A stretch of DNA of 64,000 nt from IMG/VR virus record IMGVR_UViG_2932572697_000002, positions 1-64,000 of that record; one strand, 5' to 3'. The notes under the pieces are model-generated. The model was not told where the DNA came from and ran no database searches. It saw nothing but the letters and a program-made list of their open reading frames with translations. Positions within the stretch are counted from its first letter, which is position 1. Every line of letters starts with the position of its first letter. A program made the position numbers and the translations under genes. Shown here piece by piece: positions 27,282-35,774 of the stretch. Origin of the DNA: a virus. Lineage: Duplodnaviria > Caudoviricetes.

Positions 27282-27442
27282 TGGCCTCTCCGTCTCCTTC
27301 TCCGTAGTCCGAACCTAGCTGGTTATCACGATAAGCGGGCAGGCCGGGCATCCGGATGACGCGAGAAGCTTGCTGCCTTTTAGAAATAGCGATACGGTTG
27401 CGAAGTCAGCCCGACACCAACCTCGGATTGGAGGACTTCGCG

Positions 27443-27682
27443 ATGGCGCTTCCCAAAAAGCTGCCGACGCTGTCCGTCAAGGAAGCGGCCACCGCCCTGG
27501 ACGTACACCCGTCGACGATCTACCGCTGGGTGGACGAAGGTGAGCTCACCGCCGTCCGCTACGGCAAGAGCCCCAGCGAGGGCAGCAAGAAGAGGGGCGG
27601 AGAGATCCGCATCCCCGAGCACGTCATCGCCGACCGCATGCGTCGCGGCCCCGTCGCCGAGATCGTCGGGGCAGCGGCATGA
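27443..27682 (+). CDS. Excisionase-like HTH_17 protein
   Basis: LSVKEAATALDVHPSTIYRWVDEGELTAVR; GGAGG RBS. Confidence 0.85.
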   Translation: MALPKKLPTLSVKEAATALDVHPSTIYRWVDEGELTAVRYGKSPSEGSKKRGGEIRIPEHVIADRMRRGPVAEIVGAAA

Positions 27683-27846
27683 CCCCGCCGATCACCCCGC
27701 CGCCGGCCCCGATGTCGCAGGCGGACGTCGACGCCCACCGGGAGTCGACCTACGTCCGCCGCACGGCCGTCATCTCCCAGGAGACGGTCACCCTCCCCGC
27801 TGATCCGGCTGCTCGCCGCCGGCTGATTGCGCAGCGGAAGCTCTGA
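27679..27846 (+). CDS. Micro-ORF (55 aa)
   Basis: ATGA/TGATG coupling. Confidence 0.55.
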   Translation: MTPPITPPPAPMSQADVDAHRESTYVRRTAVISQETVTLPADPAARRRLIAQRKL

Positions 27847-27983
27847 TGGCGTCCGACGAGGCCCCGCGCGAGAACACGATCGTCTCCGAGCCCGCCACCC
27901 CGGACGCATGCAAGCGCGACTACCAGGCTGGTGCTGATGTTCGGGCCCAGATCGCCCGGCAGGAAGCCCGCCGCCGCAAGTAG
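27846..27983 (+). CDS. Micro-ORF (45 aa)
   Basis: TGATG coupling; high GC3. Confidence 0.55.
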   Translation: MASDEAPRENTIVSEPATPDACKRDYQAGADVRAQIARQEARRRK

Positions 27984-28093
27984 CACCCCACTGACCGCCG
28001 TGCTGGCGGGTTGATCGAACCCCCGCGGTCCCCGCCAGCACGGCTTCCCACCCCCACTTCTTCACCCCACTCGACCACGTGAAAGGCACCCCC

Positions 28094-28405
28094 ATGTCTC
28101 CGTACCTGATGTCCACGTCCACTCTGGCCGCCCTCTCCGACGGCGATGACGCCGCGACGCACGTGTCTGCCATGTGGCGGCGGGAGAACATCACCGTCGC
28201 TCAGGCCGAGCGGGCCGCCGTGGGTGCCGACCCGGACCGGCTCAGCCGGAACCTCCTCTCCGAGTTCCGGGCCGCATGGTCGGACGGCAACCACGACCAC
28301 ATGACGGCTGTCGTCCTCGCCGCGATCGACCTCGACCGGGCCGCCCCGGGTGCCCCGCGGCTGATGGATGAGATCCGCGGCCTGTCGACGCCGGCTGCCG
28401 CCTGA
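28094..28405 (+). CDS. Hypothetical protein
   Basis: GAAAGG RBS; 103 aa. Confidence 0.7.
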   Translation: MSPYLMSTSTLAALSDGDDAATHVSAMWRRENITVAQAERAAVGADPDRLSRNLLSEFRAAWSDGNHDHMTAVVLAAIDLDRAAPGAPRLMDEIRGLSTPAAA

Positions 28406-28509
28406 TGGGCGCCCGTATCCGACGCACACTGCGCGCCCTCGCCTGGCTCTGCGGCTCCTGCAACACGAACAACCCGTCCGAAGAGCCCGTCTGTCTCACC
28501 TGCGGCTGA
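28405..28509 (+). CDS. Microprotein with RanBP2-type zinc finger
   Basis: WLCGSCNTNNPSEEPVCLTC fits W-x-C-x2-C-x3-N-x6-C-x2-C exactly. Confidence 0.65.
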   Translation: MGARIRRTLRALAWLCGSCNTNNPSEEPVCLTCG

Positions 28510-28566
28510 CCCCGGCCCGCCTCCGAACTCTTCGCCACCACCACCCGCACCTGAAAGGACCACCTC

Positions 28567-28746
28567 ATGGGATCCGCAGACAGCTGGCCCGACCTGACCG
28601 GCAAGACCTGGGCCACGAAGACCACGCCCGAGATGACCGATGCCGAGGTCAACGACGCCCGTGCCACGTTCGAGGCCGTCGGGCGCAACGACTACGAGGG
28701 GGAGTGGCTGCGACGCCACGGCCTCCCCGAGAACTACGGCGACTAG
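28567..28746 (+). CDS. Micro-ORF (59 aa)
   Basis: GAAAGGA RBS; high GC3. Confidence 0.6.
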   Translation: MGSADSWPDLTGKTWATKTTPEMTDAEVNDARATFEAVGRNDYEGEWLRRHGLPENYGD

Positions 28747-28749
28747 CCC

Positions 28750-28857
28750 ATGGACGAGTGCATCCTCTGCGGCGCGCCCGGCGGCTATCCGTACTGCAAC
28801 GAAGGCTGCCGCCACGCCGACCAGTGCACTGGCGACGACACCTGCCCCGACTGCTGA
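28750..28857 (+). CDS. Cys-rich microprotein (35 aa)
   Basis: MDECILCGAPGGYPYCNEGCRHADQCTGDDTCPDC. Confidence 0.55.
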   Translation: MDECILCGAPGGYPYCNEGCRHADQCTGDDTCPDC

Positions 28858-28867
28858 AAGGACCACC

Positions 28868-29176
28868 ATGCCCGCCACGAACCCCATCACCGTCGAGAGC
28901 CTCATCGCCAAGCACGCCGACGACATCGCGTTCGCCGCCGAAGAAGAGCAGCCCGCCGCCACCGCCGATGACTTCGCCGCCCAGCTGCGGGACGCGGTTC
29001 GGACGTTCGAGCTGGCCGGGATCAACGGCACGGAGGAGCTGGAGGACGCGGCCACGTACCTGGTCGACGCCGCCACGAGTACCGACCCCGCCGAGCAGGC
29101 CGTGCTCCTGAAGAAGGCCGCGAAGGGCCTGGCCTACGCCGACGACATGGTCTCCGAACTCCGCGACATGGTCTGA
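28868..29176 (+). CDS. Hypothetical acidic helical protein
   Basis: GAAAGGA RBS; 102 aa. Confidence 0.75.
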   Translation: MPATNPITVESLIAKHADDIAFAAEEEQPAATADDFAAQLRDAVRTFELAGINGTEELEDAATYLVDAATSTDPAEQAVLLKKAAKGLAYADDMVSELRDMV

Positions 29177-29217
29177 CGACCTGCCCGCCACACGACCCCT
29201 GAAGGGACACGTCAGCC

Positions 29218-29385
29218 ATGCCGAAGCACCTGCAGTTCGGACCGAACCTCTCCCAGAACCTCTACAAGGCCATCAAGCGCGACAACGAGCGCGAGGACGC
29301 CGGGATGCACGCCGACGACCGGAAGACCTGCTGGTCGCACCAGTCATGGGCTGAGGACTGCGACGACCAGCACGACCGCCGCTGA
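29218..29385 (+). CDS. Micro-ORF (55 aa)
   Basis: GAAGGGA RBS; CWSH..W..DC..H. Confidence 0.6.
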   Translation: MPKHLQFGPNLSQNLYKAIKRDNEREDAGMHADDRKTCWSHQSWAEDCDDQHDRR

Positions 29386-29475
29386 CCCCGGCCCGCTCTG
29401 TCGTCACCAGCCCCCACAGCTGGTGGCGGCGGAGTGGCCCGGGAACCACCCGGACCCCGAACCCGGAGGCGACTG

Positions 29476-29869
29476 ATGTGCCGGTGCCCCGACAGCAAGG
29501 CCCGCCGGGGTGACCCGTGCGAGAACCACTGCCCGCAGGAACTCGACCACGAGCGCTACTTCGCCCAGAACCTGCCCGCACCGTGCGGGTGCACCCCCAT
29601 CCCGTCGAAGCCTGGCCGTATCCGCCGGGCACTTACGGATCACTGACACCGCGACCGAGGTCAGCGGACACGCCAGCCTCACCAAGGACATTCGCAACGC
29701 AGTCAAGGGCGGCGACCAGGAGGCTGCGGCCACGTTCCGGACCGGCACCCTCGCGGCGGCGCTGACGACCAAGGGCTGCAACGCCCGCGGCCAGGAGGTC
29801 GTGGACTACGTCGTAAAGGTCGTCGCTGCGGACGGCGACAGTCGACGCGCCGGCTGGCTGAACCGCTGA
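29476..29869 (+). pseudogene. Probable frameshifted gene (Cys-rich N-terminus, continues in +1 frame)
   Basis: GGAGG RBS + ATG 29476, stop at 29646; coding-like sequence continues in the +1 frame from about 29633 to 29869 with no RBS or start. Confidence 0.45.
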
Positions 29870-29970
29870 CCCGCAGCCCCGGATCACGGCGTGAGGCTGC
29901 CGGATCGACTCCGGCCCGGGGCGCCACCGACCGACCCTCACTTACCACCGAGCCCAGGAAGGGCCGAACC

Positions 29971-30165
29971 GTGAAGAAGCTCCTGCTGATTGCCGCAGCC
30001 CTGGTGCTGCTGATCCTGTTCCCCGGCCTCGCCCAGGCCGCCGCGACCGTGCTGGCCGCGACCGTGCAGTTCATCGCCGCCCAGCCCGTCCTCCTCGGCT
30101 TCGGGCTCGGCGTCGCCACTTTCGCCCACCTGCGCGGCAAGAACCCCGTCACCGCCCGCGTCTGA
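29971..30165 (+). CDS. Small two-TM membrane protein (Spd-like)
   Basis: Highly hydrophobic 64 aa upstream of the spdB-like gene. Confidence 0.7.
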   Translation: MKKLLLIAAALVLLILFPGLAQAAATVLAATVQFIAAQPVLLGFGLGVATFAHLRGKNPVTARV

Positions 30166-30183
30166 CCCGAAGGAGTCTTTGTG

Positions 30184-30273
30184 ATGCGCGAAAGCACCTG
30201 GGAAGTTCTCAGCTTCGCGATTCCCGCCCTCATCGGGCTGGCCATCGTCATGGTCGCGATCTTCGCCCGCTGA
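30184..30273 (+). CDS. Single-TM micropeptide
   Basis: AAGGAG RBS; MRESTWEVLSFAIPALIGLAIVMVAIFAR. Confidence 0.55.
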   Translation: MRESTWEVLSFAIPALIGLAIVMVAIFAR

Positions 30274-30322
30274 TCTGTCCGCCTAACCGTCGCCCCCACC
30301 CGTCCCGGAAGGACACACCGTC

Positions 30323-31678
30323 ATGAGTGCCGACTACCGTTCCTGGGAGGAGCGTGAGGCCACTGCCGAGAAGACCCGCGCCGAAGCGGCGCGCATCGCC
30401 GCCGAGGCCGAAACCGCCCGCACTGCTGGCGTCCAAGCAGCCGAAGCCGGCGCCGCGAAGACCGCCACCGACCTCCTCGCCGAGCAGGTCAAGCAGGCCG
30501 GGCTGAAGAAGAAGCTCGACGCCGTCACCGAGGCAGCGAAGGACGAGAAGGCGGAGCTCAAGGCCCGTCGCCGCGAGGCCAGTGCCGACAACGGCACCGC
30601 GTTCAAGCTCATCGTCAACGTCGCCGTCGTCCTCGGACTCCTTGCTGCCCTCCCGGCCCAGCTGTCGTACTTCCTCACCCTCCACAAGGAAGGCGAGAAG
30701 AACCCCGGCACCGCGTGGCTCCTCGGTCCGATCCCGTTCTTCCTGGAGCTCCTCGCCTGGGTCGGTGTCCTCGGTACCCGGTGGGCGCACCGCAAGGGCC
30801 TTCCCCGGTGGCCGTTCTGGATCCTGACGGCCTCGCTGGCCTCGGTCGCCGGGTACATCAACCTGGCGCACGGGACCGACGAGTACGGGATCGTCGCCGG
30901 TGTCGCCCTGGCCGCCACGTCGGTGATCGGCCCGGTTCTCGCAGAGGTCCGGGACTTCCTCGAAGGGCGGGCCGCCGCCGACACCCGGAGCCTGGAGCAG
31001 CGGGCCGCCGCGAAGGCCGCTGCGAAGAAGAAGGCGCGGGAGCAGCGGGCGCTGGAGAAGGTGCACGCGGCTGAGGACAAGCGGCGGAAGAAGATCTTCC
31101 CGCGAGAGTTCGCGGAGTACGAGCGGATCACCGTCGCCCACCCCACCGGAGCGATCAGCCGCGAGGCCGCGTGGCAGCAGGCATGGGACAACACTCACCT
31201 CCTCCCGCTCGCCACGACAGCAGACACGCTCGCAGGCCGCGAGGAAGCCCGCGCCGCGATCAACGCCGTCCTGTCGAACGCCGACCGCACCCCCGAGAGC
31301 GAAGCGGTCGACCGGCTCCTCGCGGAGATCTTCCGACCCGACGGCGGCGACAGCGGACCGTCCCAGAAGCCCGCAGAGGGTGGACCGAGAGGCGGTGCGG
31401 GGGGAGGGTCACAGGCCCGCCGCCCGGCCGACCCGAAGAGGCCTGGAGCCCTTGGGCGTAAAGGGAAGCAGGCATCCGGGCGCACCTCCGGGAAGACCCC
31501 GCTGAAGCCCCTCGAACCGGGCCACCTCGACGCGGTCCGCAAGCTCGCCGACGCACTCGGCGACATCGACCGACTCTCCGCCCGCAAGGTCCGCGAAGTC
31601 ATCGGCGGCGGATCCAACGAGTACGCCGTCCGACTCCGGGACGCAGTTCGCGCCGAAACGCAAGGAGACAACCAGTGA
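30323..31678 (+). CDS. SpdB/DUF2637-like plasmid spread membrane protein
   Basis: N-terminal coiled coil, four TM segments, C-terminal HTH-like region (LSARKVREVIGGG); coupled to traB. Confidence 0.7.
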   Translation: MSADYRSWEEREATAEKTRAEAARIAAEAETARTAGVQAAEAGAAKTATDLLAEQVKQAGLKKKLDAVTEAAKDEKAELKARRREASADNGTAFKLIVNVAVVLGLLAALPAQLSYFLTLHKEGEKNPGTAWLLGPIPFFLELLAWVGVLGTRWAHRKGLPRWPFWILTASLASVAGYINLAHGTDEYGIVAGVALAATSVIGPVLAEVRDFLEGRAAADTRSLEQRAAAKAAAKKKAREQRALEKVHAAEDKRRKKIFPREFAEYERITVAHPTGAISREAAWQQAWDNTHLLPLATTADTLAGREEARAAINAVLSNADRTPESEAVDRLLAEIFRPDGGDSGPSQKPAEGGPRGGAGGGSQARRPADPKRPGALGRKGKQASGRTSGKTPLKPLEPGHLDAVRKLADALGDIDRLSARKVREVIGGGSNEYAVRLRDAVRAETQGDNQ

Positions 31679-33849
31679 GCATGGAGCGCACCCCCGCGAA
31701 TCCCGACCCGAACTGGGATCGGCTCGTTGCCGACCTCACCGCCGCCCCAGCCGAGAAGCCCGCCGGCCCCGTCCTCCAGAAGACGGCCGACGTCCCCGTC
31801 AACCGGCCGGACCTCCTCGGTGACATGCCCCTCACCCCGAAGTGGGCGCGGACGTCGACGGGGTGGCGGGCGCGCGCCGCCGTCGGCAAGGTCAACTCCG
31901 TCCGGGCGTTCCGCCGGTGGGTGCGCCGGCAGAACACCGAGCACGGGCACACCGCCCAAGTCTTCCGCGGCATGCACCGCACGTTCCTCTGGATCCAGGG
32001 CACCGAAGGCGTCCAGGTCGCCACAGCCCGCCGTGAAGTCCAGCAGGCCCAAGCCGACTACAAGACGGCGAAGTTCGGGCACGGCATCCGGCTCATCCCC
32101 ACGAAAGAGAAGGACAGGCGGCGCGCCGCCATGGAGAAGGCGTTCGCCGGATCCGTCACCGCCATGACGAAGTACAGGTCGGCCCAGCGTGACGCCCGGA
32201 CGCGGCGAGGTGCGCGAGGCGCACTCGTCGCCGCAGCCGTCGCCGTACCGGAAGGGGCAGGGATCTACCTCATCGGCGGCACCGGCGGTGTCATCGCCAC
32301 CGGCTCCGCCCTCCTCGCGCTCGCCTTGATCGGCCGGCGCACCATGGGTGGTGAGCTCTACATCGACCGGGAAGCCAAGATTGGAGATGGTGACCGCCTG
32401 AACGAGGAGATGCTGAACCGTGTCTACCGAGACGCGCGGATCATCAGCTCGGATGCCGTGCTGGGCATGCTTACCCCGTGCGTGCTTACCGCTGACGGCG
32501 CCGCATGGGAGGCTTCGTTCGACCTTCCGTCCGGGACACCCACGGAGAAGGCCACCGCAGTGGTTCCAGCCCTTGCGTCCGGGTTCGGCGTGACGAAGGC
32601 GCAGGTGTCGCAGACCGGTGGCGACCGGGAGGGCCGCATCAACTTGCGTGTCTCGCGCAAGATCCCGTTCACCTCCGGCCCGGTCCCGGGGCCCCTGCTC
32701 CACGTCGAACGGTTTGACCTGTGGAATGCCGTGCCGATGGGCGTCTCCGAACGCGGTGAGCCTGTCGCTACGGAGTGGTTCGAGAAGACCGGCCTGTTCG
32801 GCGGTGAGCCCGGATCAGGCAAGACTTCAATCGCGAACAACCTGCTGCTGGCGGCGGCCCTAGATCCCACAGCTCGGCTGTTCCTGGGCGACGGGAAGGC
32901 CGGCAACGACCTGCGGCCGTTCGCGGACATCGCCGAGGCGATCGACACCGAGGGCGATCCGGAAGCGCTGCTGCAGATCCTGGAGCACGTCTGGCAGGTG
33001 ATCCTGCCCGAGTGCAAGCGGCTCGCCCGAGAGCACGGCGTTGCGGGATTCTCTCAAGCCCTCGCCACGCAGGACCCCCGAGTTCGGTTCACAGTCCTTG
33101 CCATTGACGAGTGGGCCTCCTACATGGCCATGGCCGAGCCGAAGGTCGCCAAGGAACTGGAACGCCTCTTGCGCCTGATCGTGCAGCAGGGCCGGGCCTA
33201 CGGCGTCATCGTGCTCGCGGCCACCCAGAAGCCCGACGCCGACGCAGTGCCGTCCGGCATCCGCGACATCATCTCCACCCGATGGGCCGGGCGCTGCCTC
33301 ACCCCTCAGGCGTCCGACACCATCCTCGGACAGGGCCGCGCCAAGCTCGGCTTCAACGGCCAGAACATCTTGAAAGACCAGCGGGGCGTGGGTCTCTACC
33401 AGACCGGTGAGACTGCGGACCCGACCCTGATGTTGTCGTACTTCTACGACGACGGCCGCAAGAGCGGGGTCAACGAGGTCGCCCTGCTCCTGGAGCGGGC
33501 CTTCGATCTGCGGGCCAAGGCGGGCACGCTGCCGGCCGGTTCGGTGCCGCTGGCCGACCAGCTGCGCGCCCTCGGAGACGACCAAGCCAACATCCTGGCC
33601 GCCCTCGTCGATGCCTTCGACGTGCGCTCCGGCAGCGACGGGCGACCTGCCGAATGGCTCCCCGGCGCCGTGCTCATCGAGTACCTGACGGCATCCGGCA
33701 TGGACGTGTCCGCGGACGCCCTGGGGCGCCTGGTGGTCCGCACCGACGAGGACAAGGTGAAGCGGGCGTGGGAGGGGTCGAGGGTCTTCGGCTACCCCCG
33801 CTCCCGCGTGCTTATAACGGTGCGTGACCGTTTCGGGTTGGGTGAATAG
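31675..33849 (+). CDS. traB: TraB, FtsK/SpoIIIE-family conjugal DNA translocase
   Basis: N-terminal TM pair; Walker A GEPGSGKT; DGK; Walker B LAIDE; QGRAYG..ATQKP; C-terminal wHTH-like region. Confidence 0.9.
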   Translation: MSMERTPANPDPNWDRLVADLTAAPAEKPAGPVLQKTADVPVNRPDLLGDMPLTPKWARTSTGWRARAAVGKVNSVRAFRRWVRRQNTEHGHTAQVFRGMHRTFLWIQGTEGVQVATARREVQQAQADYKTAKFGHGIRLIPTKEKDRRRAAMEKAFAGSVTAMTKYRSAQRDARTRRGARGALVAAAVAVPEGAGIYLIGGTGGVIATGSALLALALIGRRTMGGELYIDREAKIGDGDRLNEEMLNRVYRDARIISSDAVLGMLTPCVLTADGAAWEASFDLPSGTPTEKATAVVPALASGFGVTKAQVSQTGGDREGRINLRVSRKIPFTSGPVPGPLLHVERFDLWNAVPMGVSERGEPVATEWFEKTGLFGGEPGSGKTSIANNLLLAAALDPTARLFLGDGKAGNDLRPFADIAEAIDTEGDPEALLQILEHVWQVILPECKRLAREHGVAGFSQALATQDPRVRFTVLAIDEWASYMAMAEPKVAKELERLLRLIVQQGRAYGVIVLAATQKPDADAVPSGIRDIISTRWAGRCLTPQASDTILGQGRAKLGFNGQNILKDQRGVGLYQTGETADPTLMLSYFYDDGRKSGVNEVALLLERAFDLRAKAGTLPAGSVPLADQLRALGDDQANILAALVDAFDVRSGSDGRPAEWLPGAVLIEYLTASGMDVSADALGRLVVRTDEDKVKRAWEGSRVFGYPRSRVLITVRDRFGLGE

Positions 33850-34030
33850 CCCGGACGGACCCCGGACGGTCTGCCGGTTATCCCAGGTCAAACCCCGGAC
33901 GTATCGGCGGTCGAGCCGGACGAGCGGTGTCTGAGCCGGACGCGCCCGTCCGGCTCAGGCGCCCTCCCGTCCGGGGTCCGTCCGGGCCTGACCTGCACTG
34001 ATGCGCAAGCGTCCGGCCTTGCGTCCGGCC
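33849..34030. repeat. clt-like cis-acting locus of transfer
   Basis: Five CCGGACG then five inverted CGTCCGG copies; perfect 21-bp inverted repeat 33849-33869/33967-33987; 12-bp hairpin 33931-33958; immediately downstream of traB. Confidence 0.75.
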
Positions 34031-34100
34031 CTAAATCCGCACAAATGGCTTCGCTTCGAACTGTGTAACTAAGAGTGACCTACCACTAAGGAGCCCCCTC

Positions 34101-34574
34101 ATGCAGCTGCCCGAGCAGCCCGTCGCCGGGCAGCCCACCGACAACCCCCTCGCGCAAGCCGTCAACGAAGCCATCACCAAAGAGCTCGCGAAGACCTACC
34201 ACCGCGACGACACCCCGCTCCCCGCGGTTGGCCCCACCCCGCCCGTACCGCAGCCCGGCCCGCCCCCGATGTCGCAGTGGGCGATCGACGCGAGTGGCGT
34301 ACTCAAGGCCGTGTCCGTCGCCTCGCTGCCGATCGGCGGTGCCCTGTGGATCGTCGGCCAGGTCGACCCGTGGGCCCTTGGCGTCATCTTTGGTTCGCCG
34401 GCCCTCGCCGCCCTCGCTGTGGCCCGGCTGGTCGCGAAGGTCAAGGACGCCAACCAGAACGCCCCGCAGCCGGTCACCAACCACTTCCACGGCAACGTCC
34501 ACCACGACACCCGCACCGTCACCAGCACCACCCGCGGCGTCATCGCCAACAACCGGAACACGACACCCGACTAG
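34101..34574 (+). CDS. Membrane protein (Spd-like)
   Basis: TAAGGAG RBS; Pro-rich linker plus two TM segments. Confidence 0.75.
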   Translation: MQLPEQPVAGQPTDNPLAQAVNEAITKELAKTYHRDDTPLPAVGPTPPVPQPGPPPMSQWAIDASGVLKAVSVASLPIGGALWIVGQVDPWALGVIFGSPALAALAVARLVAKVKDANQNAPQPVTNHFHGNVHHDTRTVTSTTRGVIANNRNTTPD

Positions 34575-34583
34575 GAGTCGCTG

Positions 34584-34751
34584 ATGGCCAGCAAGACCGC
34601 TTTGAACCCGCCGAAGGGCGAATGCCGCCAGTGCTGGCTGCACGCCTACGACAGCCGGCAGCAGCACAAACACCTTGCACCGCGGGAGGACTGCCCGGCC
34701 TGCGTCGACCACATGGTCAACGGGCACGGCAGCCTGATCGTGGGACGCTAA
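34584..34751 (+). CDS. pRL2-8-like small zinc-binding protein
   Basis: NPPKGECRQCWLHAYD..H..L.PREDCPACVDHM.NGH; AGGAG RBS. Confidence 0.75.
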   Translation: MASKTALNPPKGECRQCWLHAYDSRQQHKHLAPREDCPACVDHMVNGHGSLIVGR

Positions 34752-34767
34752 CCCGAGACTCTGAAGC

Positions 34768-34950
34768 TCACCGCACGACAAGGCCCCGGACCGTCTGGTC
34801 CGGGGCCTTCCGTGTCGCACGGGCGATCCAGCTGCCGCCCAAGCTGTTCGTCGGGAACAAGGTCACCCTCACGTCCAGGAGCCGGCCGAGTTCGTCCAGG
34901 GCGTCCTGGCACTCCTGCCGGGTGGTGCCGTGGACCGTGTACCTCGCCAT
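34768..34950 (-). CDS. Small hypothetical protein
   Basis: High GC3; possible leaderless start (CAGACT 6 nt upstream). Confidence 0.55.
   Translation of the reverse strand: MARYTVHGTTRQECQDALDELGRLLDVRVTLFPTNSLGGSWIARATRKAPDQTVRGLVVR
34780..34809. terminator. Hairpin terminator ending the transfer operon
   Basis: AAGGCCCCGGACC-GTCT-GGTCCGGGGCCTT, perfect 13-bp stem. Confidence 0.7.
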
Positions 34951-35001
34951 GAGCACAGTCTGCCGGGGGAGCAGGGGCGGCGGGGCGGGAATGAGGGAAG
35001 G

Positions 35002-35250
35002 TCAGCCGCCGTAGAACCGGATCGGCCTTGACGCCGCCTGCCGGGCTGAAGCCTCCAACGCCTGCTCGTCGATCACCAGCAGCTTGCCCTCGGGGCAGAC
35101 CGGGCTGGCCTTCACCGTCAGGATGCCTGCCATGCCCATGCGGTTGACGGCCTCCTGGATTTCGTCGACACGGTGCGGCTCGCACAGGATGGTGCGCCGG
35201 GCGTCACCGATGATCTGCGCGAAGAACCGGGCCTCCTCCTCCGGGGTCAT
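35002..35250 (-). CDS. Hypothetical protein
   Basis: ATGA coupling to the HD gene. Confidence 0.65.
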   Translation of the reverse strand: MTPEEEARFFAQIIGDARRTILCEPHRVDEIQEAVNRMGMAGILTVKASPVCPEGKLLVIDEQALEASARQAASRPIRFYGG

Positions 35251-35774
35251 GAGGGGCTCCCAGCGCTCTGCCGTTCTCGCAGTTCGTCGAGCAGCGACGG
35301 GTTGACGATCCGGACGATGGTCTCGATGTCCCGGCCCTCGACGGCAGGCCACAGGACGTCGCGCGCGGCCCGGTACTTCGCCGCGAGCCGGGTCCGCTGC
35401 TCCTCGGACAGCTGCGCGGCCCGGTCGGGGTGGCTGTTGTGCGCGTTGTCCGCGATCTTCAACAGAACCGCGTCACGCCCCTGCCCAGTGATCCGGGCGA
35501 CCTTCTCCTTGTAGGGCACACCCCGCTCGTTCGTGACCGCCTCCACCAGTGCGACCACATGGTCCGGCACCCCGGCCTCGCGCAGCTGGTTGGCGGTCCA
35601 GTCGGTGTCCTCGATGACGTCATGCAGCAACCCGGCCATCACCAGGTCGTCACCGAACGGGACCAGCCCAGCGGCCACGGCACGGACGTGCTCGATGTAC
35701 GGGACGCCGATCTTGTCCACCTGGCCGGCGTGGGCGGTGGCGGCCAAGGCGTCGACCTTGGCGATGTTCTTCAC
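35247..35774 (-). CDS. HD-domain phosphohydrolase, RelA/SpoT hydrolase (Mesh1/SAH)-like
   Basis: AHAGQVDKIGVPYIEH..AGLLHDVIEDT..VEAVT..KIADNAHN. Confidence 0.85.
   Translation of the reverse strand: MKNIAKVDALAATAHAGQVDKIGVPYIEHVRAVAAGLVPFGDDLVMAGLLHDVIEDTDWTANQLREAGVPDHVVALVEAVTNERGVPYKEKVARITGQGRDAVLLKIADNAHNSHPDRAAQLSEEQRTRLAAKYRAARDVLWPAVEGRDIETIVRIVNPSLLDELRERQSAGSPS

Larger units (their letters stand above)
23383..34809. mobile_element. Streptomyces plasmid/AICE-type replication and conjugal transfer module embedded in the prophage
   Basis: Rep2, GntR-UTRA (KorA/TraR-like), divergent xis-like HTH, Spd-like membrane proteins, FtsK-type TraB, clt-like repeats, pRL2-8-like gene; no integrase of its own and no att repeats seen. 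Confidence 0.8.

Noticed and set aside
31675-33849. Host cell-division FtsK
   Set aside because: The context (Spd-like genes, Kor-like GntR, clt repeats) indicates a plasmid-type TraB.
33849-34030. Repeats as a CRISPR array or transposon end
   Set aside because: 7-8 bp words with irregular spacing, no transposase, and position next to traB indicate clt.
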